Of a DNA stretch of 64,000 nucleotides, positions 31,468 through 40,939 are shown piece by piece. Source of the stretch: Parcubacteria group bacterium (GTDB lineage Bacteria; Patescibacteriota; Minisyncoccia; Moranbacterales; UBA2206). Positions within the stretch are counted from its first letter, which is position 1. The number at the start of each line of letters is the position of its first letter. A model generated the notes under the pieces. The model was not told the origin of the DNA. It did not search any database and saw only the letters and a list, made by a program, of their open reading frames with translations. The stretch lies in the NCBI GenBank assembly GCA_041661275.1, contig JBAZUU010000001.1:229057-293056 (forward strand). The letters are read 5' to 3'. A program made the position numbers and the translations under genes.

Positions 31468-31696
31468 TTAATTCCCCTTTCCTTTTTTGTCGTTCAAGTT
31501 CTCGATTGAGCCTGCAAAATCCATCGTAACTATCAATTAAAAATACTCCAAACATACCAAAAGTAACAATAGTTAGAATGATGAAAATTGCGACAATATA
31601 AATGATGCAAACAAGATAAAGTATAAGAAGTATCAATTTGCAAAGTATTTTCACTAAAAGCCACGCAATTTCGAAGATGCTAGGATCTTGCTTCAT
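31457..31696 (-). CDS. small membrane hypothetical protein
   Basis: Long hydrophobic stretch; GGAG before ATG at 31696. Confidence 0.55.
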   Translation of the reverse strand: MKQDPSIFEIAWLLVKILCKLILLILYLVCIIYIVAIFIILTIVTFGMFGVFLIDSYDGFCRLNRELERQKRKGELNGY

Positions 31697-31862
31697 TACT
31701 TCTCCAATTCCACTGGGGGTATTTTTCAAAGATCCCTGTCTTTTATAGACATCTAGCTATTCTAGAGAAAAATTTATTGTTTGTCAATATATTTAAAACA
31801 AATTATTGACTAATTTTTAAAAATAAGCTAGAATTTGGCTATAAAGTGCTAATGTTTATAAA

Positions 31863-32846
31863 ATGCTGGAAGAATTAGACAAAAAGATGTTATATAGCTT
31901 GGATGAAGATTCATCGAAATCTTTGACGCATATAAGCCAAGAATTGGAGATTACGCCGCAGCTGGTCAAATATCACCTGGAAAAACTGGAAAAAGAGGGT
32001 ATTATTTTGGCTTATTGGCCAATGATTGAGTTTAGAAAACTGGGGTATTTTAACGTGTCTTACTTCCTAAAATTAAAAAACCTCTCTTTGGAAATTGAAA
32101 AAAACATCTACCAATATCTGAAAAATAAAAATGATTTCAATATTGTAATGCGGGGAGACGGGTATTGGGACTTGCATATAACAATTTCCACCAAAAGTAT
32201 TTTTAGGTCGGTGGAAATTTTCAATGAATTTTATGATAAGTTTCATCATTATATTTTTACCTATGATACAGCCATTTCCGTCGGCTTCTATCAATTTAGA
32301 AGAGAATATCTAAACGATAAAAAATCAATAAAGCAAAGATCAAAAATTCCAATGGCTTATACTGGAGCCGATGTTGCCAAGGTTGAACTAAAAAAGAAAG
32401 ATTTGGAGATAATTTCTGAGTTAAATAGAAATTCTAGGCAAAATTACGCGGATCTGGCGAAAAAGTTAAAAATATCAAGAGACAGTGTGATTTATAGTTT
32501 GGAAAAAATTAAAAAAGACGAAATTATCCAAAGTCATACATATTTGTTAAATCATGAAAAAATTGGCTTTCCGCGATACAGAATTTTAGTGCAAATGACC
32601 AATCTGACGAGTGAAAAATTTCAGGATTTTTTTGATTTTTGTCAGGATCATCCTAACATAATTCATCTTCTGCGGTTATTCGGCAATTGGCAGGCGCTGA
32701 TTGACGTAGAAATTGAGAATCGGGAGAAGCTGAGAAAGCTATTTGGGCAGATTACTAATAATTTTGATGGTTTAGTTTTGCGTCTGGAAAATACGCAAGT
32801 GTATAAGATTGATAAGTTTCGGGATGTGCCATTTGATATTATTTGA
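31863..32846 (+). CDS. Lrp/AsnC-family regulator with tandem-duplicated domains
   Basis: Two HTH+RAM units (LDKKML..DSS; KDLEII..NSR). Confidence 0.85.
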   Translation: MLEELDKKMLYSLDEDSSKSLTHISQELEITPQLVKYHLEKLEKEGIILAYWPMIEFRKLGYFNVSYFLKLKNLSLEIEKNIYQYLKNKNDFNIVMRGDGYWDLHITISTKSIFRSVEIFNEFYDKFHHYIFTYDTAISVGFYQFRREYLNDKKSIKQRSKIPMAYTGADVAKVELKKKDLEIISELNRNSRQNYADLAKKLKISRDSVIYSLEKIKKDEIIQSHTYLLNHEKIGFPRYRILVQMTNLTSEKFQDFFDFCQDHPNIIHLLRLFGNWQALIDVEIENREKLRKLFGQITNNFDGLVLRLENTQVYKIDKFRDVPFDII

Positions 32847-32956
32847 AATTTTCGTCGGTGGATGGTAGTGTATAATACCAATGAAGGTGCCCTCTCTGTC
32901 ACGATAAGAATCGTGACATCTCTCCCGGAGGGAGAGAAGGATAATGAAGAAGATTT

Positions 32957-34525
32957 ATGATTGATAAAATCCCACAATATGTAATTGGAATTATCCAAAA
33001 ACTTGAAACTGCCGGTTTTGAGGGTTTTGTGGTGGGCGGGTGCGTGCGGGATATACTTTTGGATAAAGAGCCAAAGGATTGGGATGTGGCGACGAACGCC
33101 AAGCCGGAGGAAATAATGAAAATATTTACGGACAGTGTTTATGAGAATGAATTTGGAACAGTTGGAATAAAAATTAAGGCCGATCCGAATCTACGAATGA
33201 AATCCGAATCTACGAATGAGTCAGGAGTAACCATTGATGTTGTGGAAATTACCACTTATAGAATTGAATCCAAGTATTCTGATAAGCGGCATCCGGATAG
33301 TGTAAAATTTGCGAAGACTCTGGAAGAAGATTTGAGTCGGAGAGATTTTACGGTTAATGCGATGGCGTTGCGTTTGAATTTTTCTAAGGTTCGACCTTTC
33401 CCTTCCTCGAGCAAAGCTCTCGGAATTCCTCAAGGTCAAACCTTGAAAAATTTCGAATATGAAATAATTGATCCGTTTATTGGACAAAATGATCTGAAAA
33501 ATAAAATCATTCGGGCTGTTGGAAAAGCGAATGATAGGTTCAACGAAGATGCGCTGCGCATGATGCGAGCGATTCGTTTTGCAGTGCAGTTAGATTTTAA
33601 GATTGAGAAAAAGACATTTCTAGCTATCAAAAAGAATGCGAAAAACTTAAAGTTCATTTCCCAAGAAAGGATAAAAGACGAGTTTGAAAAGATAATTTTG
33701 TCGCCAAAGCCGGCGGAAGGGATAAAACTTCTTTATGAGTCCGGATTACTTTTTCAATTCATTCCTGAAATGGAGGAATCAGTCGGATTTGAACAGGGTT
33801 TTCATCATTATCACGGGCCATATCGCATGGTTTTTGATCATATGGTGGCGTCGCTCGAACATTGTCCATCAGAAAAACTCGAAGTACGATTAGCTTGTCT
33901 ATTTCATGATATTGGAAAACCAAGAACGGCTGGAGGAAAGGGGATAGAAACTACGTTTTATAACCACCAATACGCCGGAGCAAGAATGACGCGCGAAATC
34001 CTGCGACGTTTGCGATTTTCACGTGAAACAATTGAAAAGACAGTTATGCTGGTGCAAAACCATATGTTTTTCTATGATGTTGATCAAGTGGGGGAAGCAG
34101 GAGTGAGGCGAGTAGTGCGTCGGGTAGGACTGGAAAATATCAACGACCTCATCGACGTGCGGATTGGAGATAGGCTTGGGTCGGGAGTGGCGAAGGCGGT
34201 GCCATATAAACTGCGTCACTTCAAATATATGGTGGAAAAAGTATCGCATGATCCGATTTCGGTGAAACAATTGAAAATAAACGGCAATGATTTAATGAAT
34301 GAGTTGAAACTTGCTCCCGGACCGAAAATTGGGGCGATTTTGGACGTGCTGCTAGCAGAGGTTATTGATAACCCGGCGTTGAATGATAAAAAACAACTGT
34401 TAAAAAGGGCTAAGGATTTGGAAATCAGGGATATTGGGGAAATTAGGGAAATGGCCAAAAGGAAAATAGAAGAGGAAAAACAGGTGGAAGATAAAAAAAT
34501 CAAAGGAAAGTACTGGGTTAAATAG
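32957..34525 (+). CDS. cca: CCA-adding tRNA nucleotidyltransferase with HD domain
   Basis: VGGCVRD, DWDVAT, RRDFTVNA, EDALRMMR, FHDIGK. Confidence 0.9.
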   Translation: MIDKIPQYVIGIIQKLETAGFEGFVVGGCVRDILLDKEPKDWDVATNAKPEEIMKIFTDSVYENEFGTVGIKIKADPNLRMKSESTNESGVTIDVVEITTYRIESKYSDKRHPDSVKFAKTLEEDLSRRDFTVNAMALRLNFSKVRPFPSSSKALGIPQGQTLKNFEYEIIDPFIGQNDLKNKIIRAVGKANDRFNEDALRMMRAIRFAVQLDFKIEKKTFLAIKKNAKNLKFISQERIKDEFEKIILSPKPAEGIKLLYESGLLFQFIPEMEESVGFEQGFHHYHGPYRMVFDHMVASLEHCPSEKLEVRLACLFHDIGKPRTAGGKGIETTFYNHQYAGARMTREILRRLRFSRETIEKTVMLVQNHMFFYDVDQVGEAGVRRVVRRVGLENINDLIDVRIGDRLGSGVAKAVPYKLRHFKYMVEKVSHDPISVKQLKINGNDLMNELKLAPGPKIGAILDVLLAEVIDNPALNDKKQLLKRAKDLEIRDIGEIREMAKRKIEEEKQVEDKKIKGKYWVK

Positions 34526-34633
34526 CATTCTGGTATAATAAAGGTGCCCTCTCCTGTCAGCCAGAATTTTAAGAAAAATTCAGACTGACATCCTCTCCCA
34601 AAGGGAGAGGAGGATAATGCAGGTTACTATTTT

Positions 34634-35278
34634 ATGGCTTCGCAAATTGCCCATATAATATATGACAATAGTTTCTTCAAAAAAATTGAGAAAAGTGGGA
34701 TTTCCGGTTTAATCTTGCCGGCGGAAAAATTGAATCGAGAGGAGTTTATTCTAGGTTCGGTTTTTCCCGATGTCAGAAGGATTGATAATTCTATCAAGAG
34801 AAGGGACACGCATATGCACTTTACCTTAATCGATCTTGATTTTTCCGGGCTAACTTCTTTTGAAGCAGGATGGAAGTTCCATCTCTATTGTGATATGAGG
34901 CGGGAAGAAATTTTGAATAAATATAAGTTTTATGATCTAGAAAACACTTCTGATTTCTATGGACATCCGGCGAAAATTTTGGAAGACGAATTGGTCTATG
35001 ATGATTATAATAACTGGGAAAAGATGTCGCTCTATCTCAAAAATCCGCCATTTCATCCGGTTCTTGATAGTGTCAATGAAGATACATACCGGCTTTGGTA
35101 TGCAATGATTTCCAGATATGTAGAAAGAAAACCTGATGATGCGACAATGCGAACTTTTCTTCTCAAGCAAGTTAATCTGGATGCAAAAATAAATCTTCTG
35201 GTAGAACACGTGGGGAAAATAAGGAAAAACAAAAAAGCAAAGGAAATTTTATTAAAAATTAAGGAAGAAATAATATGA
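34634..35278 (+). CDS. hypothetical protein (possible zinc-dependent PLC-like hydrolase)
   Basis: N-terminal H, LGSVFPD, TH, GWKFHLYCD. Confidence 0.6.
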   Translation: MASQIAHIIYDNSFFKKIEKSGISGLILPAEKLNREEFILGSVFPDVRRIDNSIKRRDTHMHFTLIDLDFSGLTSFEAGWKFHLYCDMRREEILNKYKFYDLENTSDFYGHPAKILEDELVYDDYNNWEKMSLYLKNPPFHPVLDSVNEDTYRLWYAMISRYVERKPDDATMRTFLLKQVNLDAKINLLVEHVGKIRKNKKAKEILLKIKEEII

Positions 35279-35718
35279 AAATAATAAACCATGTGATGAA
35301 GATGACGACCAGCGCTACCTTGGATTTTATTGATGTAACGGACAAAGTGAAGAAAATAATAAAGGAAAAAGGAATAAAAAACGGGATAATCAATGTTCAG
35401 TCGATGCATACAACTTTTGCCGTTATTATCCAGGAGGCCGAACCCTTGCTTTTAGGCGATCTCAAAAAGACGTTGGAAAAGGTAGCGCCAAGAACGACAA
35501 AATATATGCATGACAATTTCAAAATTCGGACTGTGAACATGAATCCGAATGAACCTATAAACGGGCATAGCCATTGCAAAGCAGTCTTTTTGACGCCTGG
35601 AGTATTTTTGAATATTGTGAAATCAGAATTGCAGTTAGGACAGTGGCAAAGAATTTTCGCGGTGGAACTTGATGACGCGCGGCCGAGAAGGATCGCTTTA
35701 CAGATAATTGGACGATGA
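35275..35718 (+). CDS. yjbQ: YjbQ family protein
   Basis: HTT..E, NGHSHCKA, LGQWQRIF..ELD. Confidence 0.88.
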   Translation: MKIINHVMKMTTSATLDFIDVTDKVKKIIKEKGIKNGIINVQSMHTTFAVIIQEAEPLLLGDLKKTLEKVAPRTTKYMHDNFKIRTVNMNPNEPINGHSHCKAVFLTPGVFLNIVKSELQLGQWQRIFAVELDDARPRRIALQIIGR

Positions 35719-35806
35719 AATAACGTAAGTTGACATTGACAGAAAAGGAATTTTTCGAGATTAAAAATTCTTTTTATTTCTTATAATTATCTTATATTTT
35801 AAAATT

Positions 35807-37477
35807 ATGAAATCAGACATTCAAATCGCGCAGGAAGCAAAAATGAAACCGATAAAGGAAATAGCAAAAAAAGCAGGGATAGGGGAAAAAGATCTGGAAT
35901 TTTATGGTGATTATAAAGCCAAATTGAAACCAGAACTTTGGGATAAGATCAAAAAAAGAAAAGATGGAAAGTTGATATTGGTTACAGCTATCAATCCGAC
36001 TCCGGCGGGAGAAGGAAAGACCACCACTTCTATAGGGCTTGCGCAAGCGATGAACGCTATGGGGAAAAGAACGATGCTGGCGCTTCGCGAACCATCCCTT
36101 GGCCCATGCATGGGAATAAAGGGTGGAGCGGCGGGTGGCGGATATTCGCAAGTAATGCCGATGGATGAGATAAATCTGCATTTTACTGGTGACATTCACG
36201 CGGTGACGACGGCCAATAATCTATTGTCCGCGATGATTGATAATCATATCTATCACGGAAATATCCTGGGAATTGATCCGGAAAAAGTGATTTGGAAAAG
36301 ATGTATGGATTTGAACGACAGGGCACTGCGAAAAGTGACGGTGGATTTGAGCAAAAAAAATAAAAAATTAATCCGTGATGACAATTTTAATATCTCCGTA
36401 GCATCAGAAATAATGGCCATTCTTTGTCTTTCAGAGAATATCATTGATCTCAAAAAAAGAATTGACCGGATAATCGTAGCGTATAATTTTCGAGGATTTC
36501 CAATATACGCCAAAGATTTGAAAGCGACAGGCGCCATAGCCGTACTTCTAAAAGATGCTCTGAAACCTAACTTGGTACAAACTCTTGAGCATACGCCAGC
36601 ATTAATCCACGGCGGGCCGTTTGCCAACATTGCTCATGGTTGTAATTCCATCCTTGCTACCCGCTATGGCTTGAAACTGGGGGATTATCTCATAACGGAA
36701 GCGGGATTCGGAGCAGACCTTGGGGCGGAAAAATTTTTTGACATAAAATGCCGGATGGCGAAATTAAAACCGGATGCTGTGGTCGTCGTAGCAACGATCA
36801 GATCTTTGAAGTACAACGGGGGAACTAATCTAGCGGACGTAAAGACGCAAAATCTTGCGTCTCTACAAAGGGGCGCGGCCAATTTGGGAAAGCATATTGA
36901 AAATATCAAAAAATTTGGCGTGCCAGCGATAGTAGCGGTCAATGTTTTTCCGGATGATACGAAAGAGGAAATAGAATTGGTGAAAAATATTTGCCAAAAG
37001 CTAGGTGCGGAAATGGCGGTGTCGCGAGTTTGGGCGGAGGGCGGAGAAGGCGGAAAGGAACTGGCTCAAACCCTACTCAAAACTTTAAAAAATAAAAAAT
37101 CCCATTTCAAACCTGTTTATGACACAAAGAAAAGTATTAAAGAAAAAATAAATATCATTGCCCGGGAAATTTATGGAGCGCGCGATGTGAAATTTTCCGC
37201 GCGGGCGATAGAGAATATAAAAAAGATAGAAAAAAATAAACTGGATAAAGTTCCAGTTTGCATTGCCAAGACACAATATTCTTTGACGGATGATCCCAAA
37301 ATTTTGGGTCGTCCAAAAGATTTTACAATTTCTGTTTCCGAAGTAAGAATCAGTAATGGCGCGGGATTTGTGGTGGCGCTGGCTGGAGACATAATGACTA
37401 TGCCAGGATTGCCCAAAGTTCCGGCGGCAGAAAAGATTGATGTTGATGGCAAAGGTAGGATTTCGGGATTGTTCTAG
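35807..37477 (+). CDS. fhs: formate-tetrahydrofolate ligase
   Basis: [37 protein letters not shown]. Confidence 0.97.
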   Translation: MKSDIQIAQEAKMKPIKEIAKKAGIGEKDLEFYGDYKAKLKPELWDKIKKRKDGKLILVTAINPTPAGEGKTTTSIGLAQAMNAMGKRTMLALREPSLGPCMGIKGGAAGGGYSQVMPMDEINLHFTGDIHAVTTANNLLSAMIDNHIYHGNILGIDPEKVIWKRCMDLNDRALRKVTVDLSKKNKKLIRDDNFNISVASEIMAILCLSENIIDLKKRIDRIIVAYNFRGFPIYAKDLKATGAIAVLLKDALKPNLVQTLEHTPALIHGGPFANIAHGCNSILATRYGLKLGDYLITEAGFGADLGAEKFFDIKCRMAKLKPDAVVVVATIRSLKYNGGTNLADVKTQNLASLQRGAANLGKHIENIKKFGVPAIVAVNVFPDDTKEEIELVKNICQKLGAEMAVSRVWAEGGEGGKELAQTLLKTLKNKKSHFKPVYDTKKSIKEKINIIAREIYGARDVKFSARAIENIKKIEKNKLDKVPVCIAKTQYSLTDDPKILGRPKDFTISVSEVRISNGAGFVVALAGDIMTMPGLPKVPAAEKIDVDGKGRISGLF

Positions 37478-37483
37478 CTTAAG

Positions 37484-37630
37484 AGGAGAGAATAAAAAAT
37501 ATTTTTAAAATAACTCGAACGCTCTATTTTCTTTTCAAAATTTTCCCTCAATCGACGGCATCCGAAGGAAAATTTTGAAGAAAATAGGCATTCTCAAACA
37601 AGATTTTAAAAATATTTTTTATTCTCTCCT
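37484..37630. repeat. 147-bp foldback element with 28-bp perfect terminal IR
   Basis: AGGAGAGAATAAAAAATATTTTTAAAAT ... ATTTTAAAAATATTTTTTATTCTCTCCT plus an inner IR. Confidence 0.8.
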
Positions 37631-38824
37631 TTCTGTGTTTATATATTTTTTATTTTTTAATTCTTCTGGCAGATAAACTTGATCCGAACTATTTTCAAGC
37701 GGAGTATATTTGTAATCTTTTCCGTAGCCCAAATCTTTCATCAATTTTGTTGGGGCATTTCGAATGTGAAGCGGAACAGGCAAATTGCCGAATTTTTCCA
37801 CGTCAGCCTTGGCCTTGCCATAAGCTGAATAGGCTGTAACGTCCTTTTTCGAGTTGGAAAGATAAATGACGCACTGCGCCAGATGGACGTTGCATTCCGG
37901 CATACCCAGTTTGTGACAAGCGTCAAAAACAGCATTGGCTAAAATAAGCGCAGTATTGTTAGCTAAGCCGATATCTTCGGATGCGAAACGTACTAATCTT
38001 CTGGCAATATAAACCGGATCTTCGCCGCCTTCAAGCATCCGAGCGAGCCAATAGACGGCGGCATTGGCATCGCCTCCGCGCATTGATTTGTGGAGTGCCG
38101 AAATAATATTATAATGTTCTTCGCCGGTTTTGTCGTAAAGCAGATGGGATTTTTGCAAAACTTCATGGACTAATTTTTCCGTGATGTTTTTGCTTTGATT
38201 GGCCGAAGCTTCAAGGGTGTTGATCGCCATCCTGGCGTCGCCATTGGAGAGATGGGAGATAAGGGTGATAAGGGAAGGCTTTATGGAAATTTTCTTTTTA
38301 TTCTCACTGTTTATTTTTTTAATCGCTCGGTTTATGATTTCATCAATATCTTTAGAGCTCAATTTTTCCAGAACAAAAACGCGCGAGCGGGAAACGAGAG
38401 CGCCGATAACTTCAAAGGATGGATTTTCAGTAGTGGCGCCGATGAGAATGATCGTCCCATTTTCCACATAAGGCAAAAGCGCGTCCTGCTGGGCTTTGTT
38501 CCAGCGATGAATTTCATCGATGAAAAGAATTGTTTTTTGACCAAGACGCTTATTTGTTTTTGCTTTTTCAATAACCTCCAGCAAATTTTTCTTTCCTGAT
38601 GAGACTGCGCTCAACTTTATGAAATCCGACTTCGTAATATTGGCAATGATAGTTGCCAGAGTGGTTTTTCCTGATCCCGGCGGTCCCCAAAGGATCATTG
38701 AAGGCACACTGTCGCTTTCAATGGCTTTCTTTAGGAATGAATTTTTGCCGACCAATTTCTCTTGTCCAAAAAATTCTTCGAGAGACTGTGGACGAATCTG
38801 GTCGGCAAGGGGAGAGGAGTTCAT
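37619..38824 (-). CDS. rarA: replication-associated recombination protein A
   Basis: WGPPGSGKTT, DEIHRWNK, ISALHKSMRG, SEDIG, VPLHIRNA. Confidence 0.95.
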   Translation of the reverse strand: MNSSPLADQIRPQSLEEFFGQEKLVGKNSFLKKAIESDSVPSMILWGPPGSGKTTLATIIANITKSDFIKLSAVSSGKKNLLEVIEKAKTNKRLGQKTILFIDEIHRWNKAQQDALLPYVENGTIILIGATTENPSFEVIGALVSRSRVFVLEKLSSKDIDEIINRAIKKINSENKKKISIKPSLITLISHLSNGDARMAINTLEASANQSKNITEKLVHEVLQKSHLLYDKTGEEHYNIISALHKSMRGGDANAAVYWLARMLEGGEDPVYIARRLVRFASEDIGLANNTALILANAVFDACHKLGMPECNVHLAQCVIYLSNSKKDVTAYSAYGKAKADVEKFGNLPVPLHIRNAPTKLMKDLGYGKDYKYTPLENSSDQVYLPEELKNKKYINTERRE

Positions 38825-38941
38825 AGGAGGTGAAGGGGGTAAAGACGGATTAGGACTAGCTAGTGATATTGTATCACTAACATTATAATTTAGGCAAATA
38901 TATAAAAGCCCCCGGAGGGGCCTTTATCTGTTCTATTCAAT

Positions 38942-39181
38942 TTAGTCTCCCATATCTGATGACCCGTTGTCTGAATCATTGTCTCCTGACCTGTCTCCTT
39001 CATGTCTGTCACCTCTGTCGCCACGATTATCGCGATTCTCGCTGTGACGATCGCCTCTGTGGTCTCCGCTGTTGCCATTTTCCTTGGCGAATGCCACCGG
39101 AGCGGCGAATACGCCTAAAGCGAGAACAAGGGAGGAAACTCCGACAAATGCCGCTTTTTTAACTGATGTTAAACTTTTCAT
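38942..39181 (-). CDS. small secreted low-complexity protein
   Basis: Signal peptide ending AFA, then G/D/R/H-rich repeats. Confidence 0.65.
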   Translation of the reverse strand: MKSLTSVKKAAFVGVSSLVLALGVFAAPVAFAKENGNSGDHRGDRHSENRDNRGDRGDRHEGDRSGDNDSDNGSSDMGD

Positions 39182-39348
39182 TGTTTTGATTTTAATAATT
39201 ACGAATATCTAAAAATATATTATTTTCCCCTATTGCTAGTTATACAAGGGAAAGGCCATTATATTTCTACTCATTCAGTAGGAATTAAAATACTGGCCAA
39301 AAATGGTTTTAGCAGGTAGTATAAAAATATTGATTATTATTACTACTT

Positions 39349-40206
39349 ATGAACGCAAAAATTATTGATGGCAAAAAGATTTCTGCCCAAATAAAAGAAG
39401 AATTGCGAGCAGAGGTAGAAGAACTAAAAAAGAAAAATATAATGCCAGGACTGGCAGTTGTTATTGTCGGCGTCGATCCAGCTTCGACTATTTATGTTCA
39501 CAACAAAAAGAAAGCGGCCAAAGATTTAGGAATATATTCGGAAGTATATGAGATGCCTGAAAATACCAAAGAAGAAGAGCTGATCGAATTGATTAACAAG
39601 CTGAATAAAAACGAAAAAATCCACGGAGTTTTAGTCCAGCTTCCTTTGCCCAAGCATATCAATGAAGAAAGAATAATTCTAACGATTGATCCCAAAAAAG
39701 ACGTTGATTGTTTTCATCCGGAAAATATTGGAAAAGTTATGATTGGTGGGGCTATAGTTTTTCCATGCACGCCAGCGGGGATAGTCGAACTTCTAAAACG
39801 AAGTAAGATTGAAATTTCGGGGCGTGATTGTGTGGTAATTGGCAGAAGTAATATTGTCGGAAAACCAGCGGCTCTTATGCTTCTTCAAGAAAACGCGACG
39901 GTGACTATTTGTCACTCCAAGACAAAAGATCTGAAAAAATACTGTCTTGAAGCGGATATAATAATTGCGGCAGTGGGAAAAGCAAAGATGGTGACGGCGG
40001 ATATGATAAAGAATGGCGCGGTAGTCATTGACGTAGGCATAAACCGATTGCCAGACGGAAAATTAGTGGGAGATGTGGATTTTGGTGGTGTGATTGACAA
40101 GATTTCAGCGATAACACCAGTTCCGGGTGGAGTAGGCCCAATGACGATTGCGATGCTAATGAAAAACACAATAAATATAGCCAAAAATTATGAAAATAGA
40201 AATTGA
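39349..40206 (+). CDS. folD: bifunctional methylene-THF dehydrogenase/cyclohydrolase
   Basis: VQLPLP, KDVD, PCTP, GRSNIVGKP, TPVPGGVGPMT. Confidence 0.97.
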   Translation: MNAKIIDGKKISAQIKEELRAEVEELKKKNIMPGLAVVIVGVDPASTIYVHNKKKAAKDLGIYSEVYEMPENTKEEELIELINKLNKNEKIHGVLVQLPLPKHINEERIILTIDPKKDVDCFHPENIGKVMIGGAIVFPCTPAGIVELLKRSKIEISGRDCVVIGRSNIVGKPAALMLLQENATVTICHSKTKDLKKYCLEADIIIAAVGKAKMVTADMIKNGAVVIDVGINRLPDGKLVGDVDFGGVIDKISAITPVPGGVGPMTIAMLMKNTINIAKNYENRN

Positions 40207-40483
40207 AAAATTATCAACCAACCCGGCCAATGCTATGCGGCGGGCGGGGTATACGTTTCAGCGGCAAGAAGGGGAGGAGATGAGTTTTGTGCGTCCATTT
40301 TCTCAATCCGGGTATCCGCGGTTCCATGTCTATGTCAAAGTGGTGGGCGCGGGGCTAGCTATCAGTTTTCATTACGATGCTAAAAAAGAAACTTATGGTG
40401 AAGGGACGAGGCATCATGGGGAATATGAAGAAGGCGGGATATTAAAAGAAGAGGTAGAACGGTTGAAAAAGGCGCTAGCATAG
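40190..40483 (+). CDS. hypothetical protein
   Basis: 97-aa ORF overlapping the folD end (GYPRFH motif). Confidence 0.7.
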   Translation: MKIEIEKLSTNPANAMRRAGYTFQRQEGEEMSFVRPFSQSGYPRFHVYVKVVGAGLAISFHYDAKKETYGEGTRHHGEYEEGGILKEEVERLKKALA

Positions 40484-40598
40484 ATGTTGTCAAAAAGTAA
40501 TATTAACTGTAGAATGATTAGGTTTGCTCCCTCTCCTGTCCCGAAACGGGACATCCTCTCCCGGAGGGAGAGGAGGATTTGAAGGTTACTGTTTATAG

Positions 40599-40682
40599 GC
40601 CCAGGTGGCGGAATTGGTATACGCGCTAGTTTCAGGTACTAGTTCCCGTAAGGGATTGGAGGTTCGAGTCCTCTTCTGGGCA
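40599..40682 (+). tRNA. tRNA-Leu(CAG)
   Basis: Cloverleaf with long variable arm. Confidence 0.93.
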
Positions 40683-40717
40683 CAAGGATTAAAATAAAAA
40701 GTGAAAAGCAAATATTT

Positions 40718-40801
40718 GCCCGGGTGGCGGAATTGGTATACGCGCTAGTCTTAGGAACTAGTACTCGCAAGGGTTTGAAGGTTCGAGTCCTTTCCCGGGC
40801 A
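40718..40801 (+). tRNA. tRNA-Leu(TAG)
   Basis: Cloverleaf with long variable arm. Confidence 0.93.
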
Positions 40802-40820
40802 CTTAATTTTAAATCAGAGA

Positions 40821-40937
40821 GGCGGAATTGGCTTGCCTCGATTCGACGAGATGTCTCATCGAGTCGAAGCGGGTATACGCGTCCCGCCTTGGCGGGATAC
40901 TCGCAAGGGTTTGAAGGTTCGAGTCCTTTCCCGGGCA
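40821..40937 (+). pseudogene. disrupted duplicate of tRNA-Leu(TAG)
   Basis: 3' 40 nt identical to the upstream tRNA; 42-bp insert in the D-loop; anticodon arm replaced by TCCCGCCTTGGCGGGA. Confidence 0.85.
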
Positions 40938-40939
40938 CG

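Noticed and set aside
34015-34030. ATTTTCACGTGAAACA in cca as parS
   Set aside because: 14/16 match, isolated and explicable by coding (FSRET); possible but unsupported
40898-40937. Duplicated tRNA-Leu 3' end as the attR of an integrated element
   Set aside because: Only ~100 bp from the intact gene with no cargo, and 5' tRNA parts are also duplicated
40724-40939. 72-aa N-terminal extension of RluA in the ORF track
   Set aside because: It reads through tRNA-Leu and its pseudo-copy; the S4 domain begins at ATG 40940
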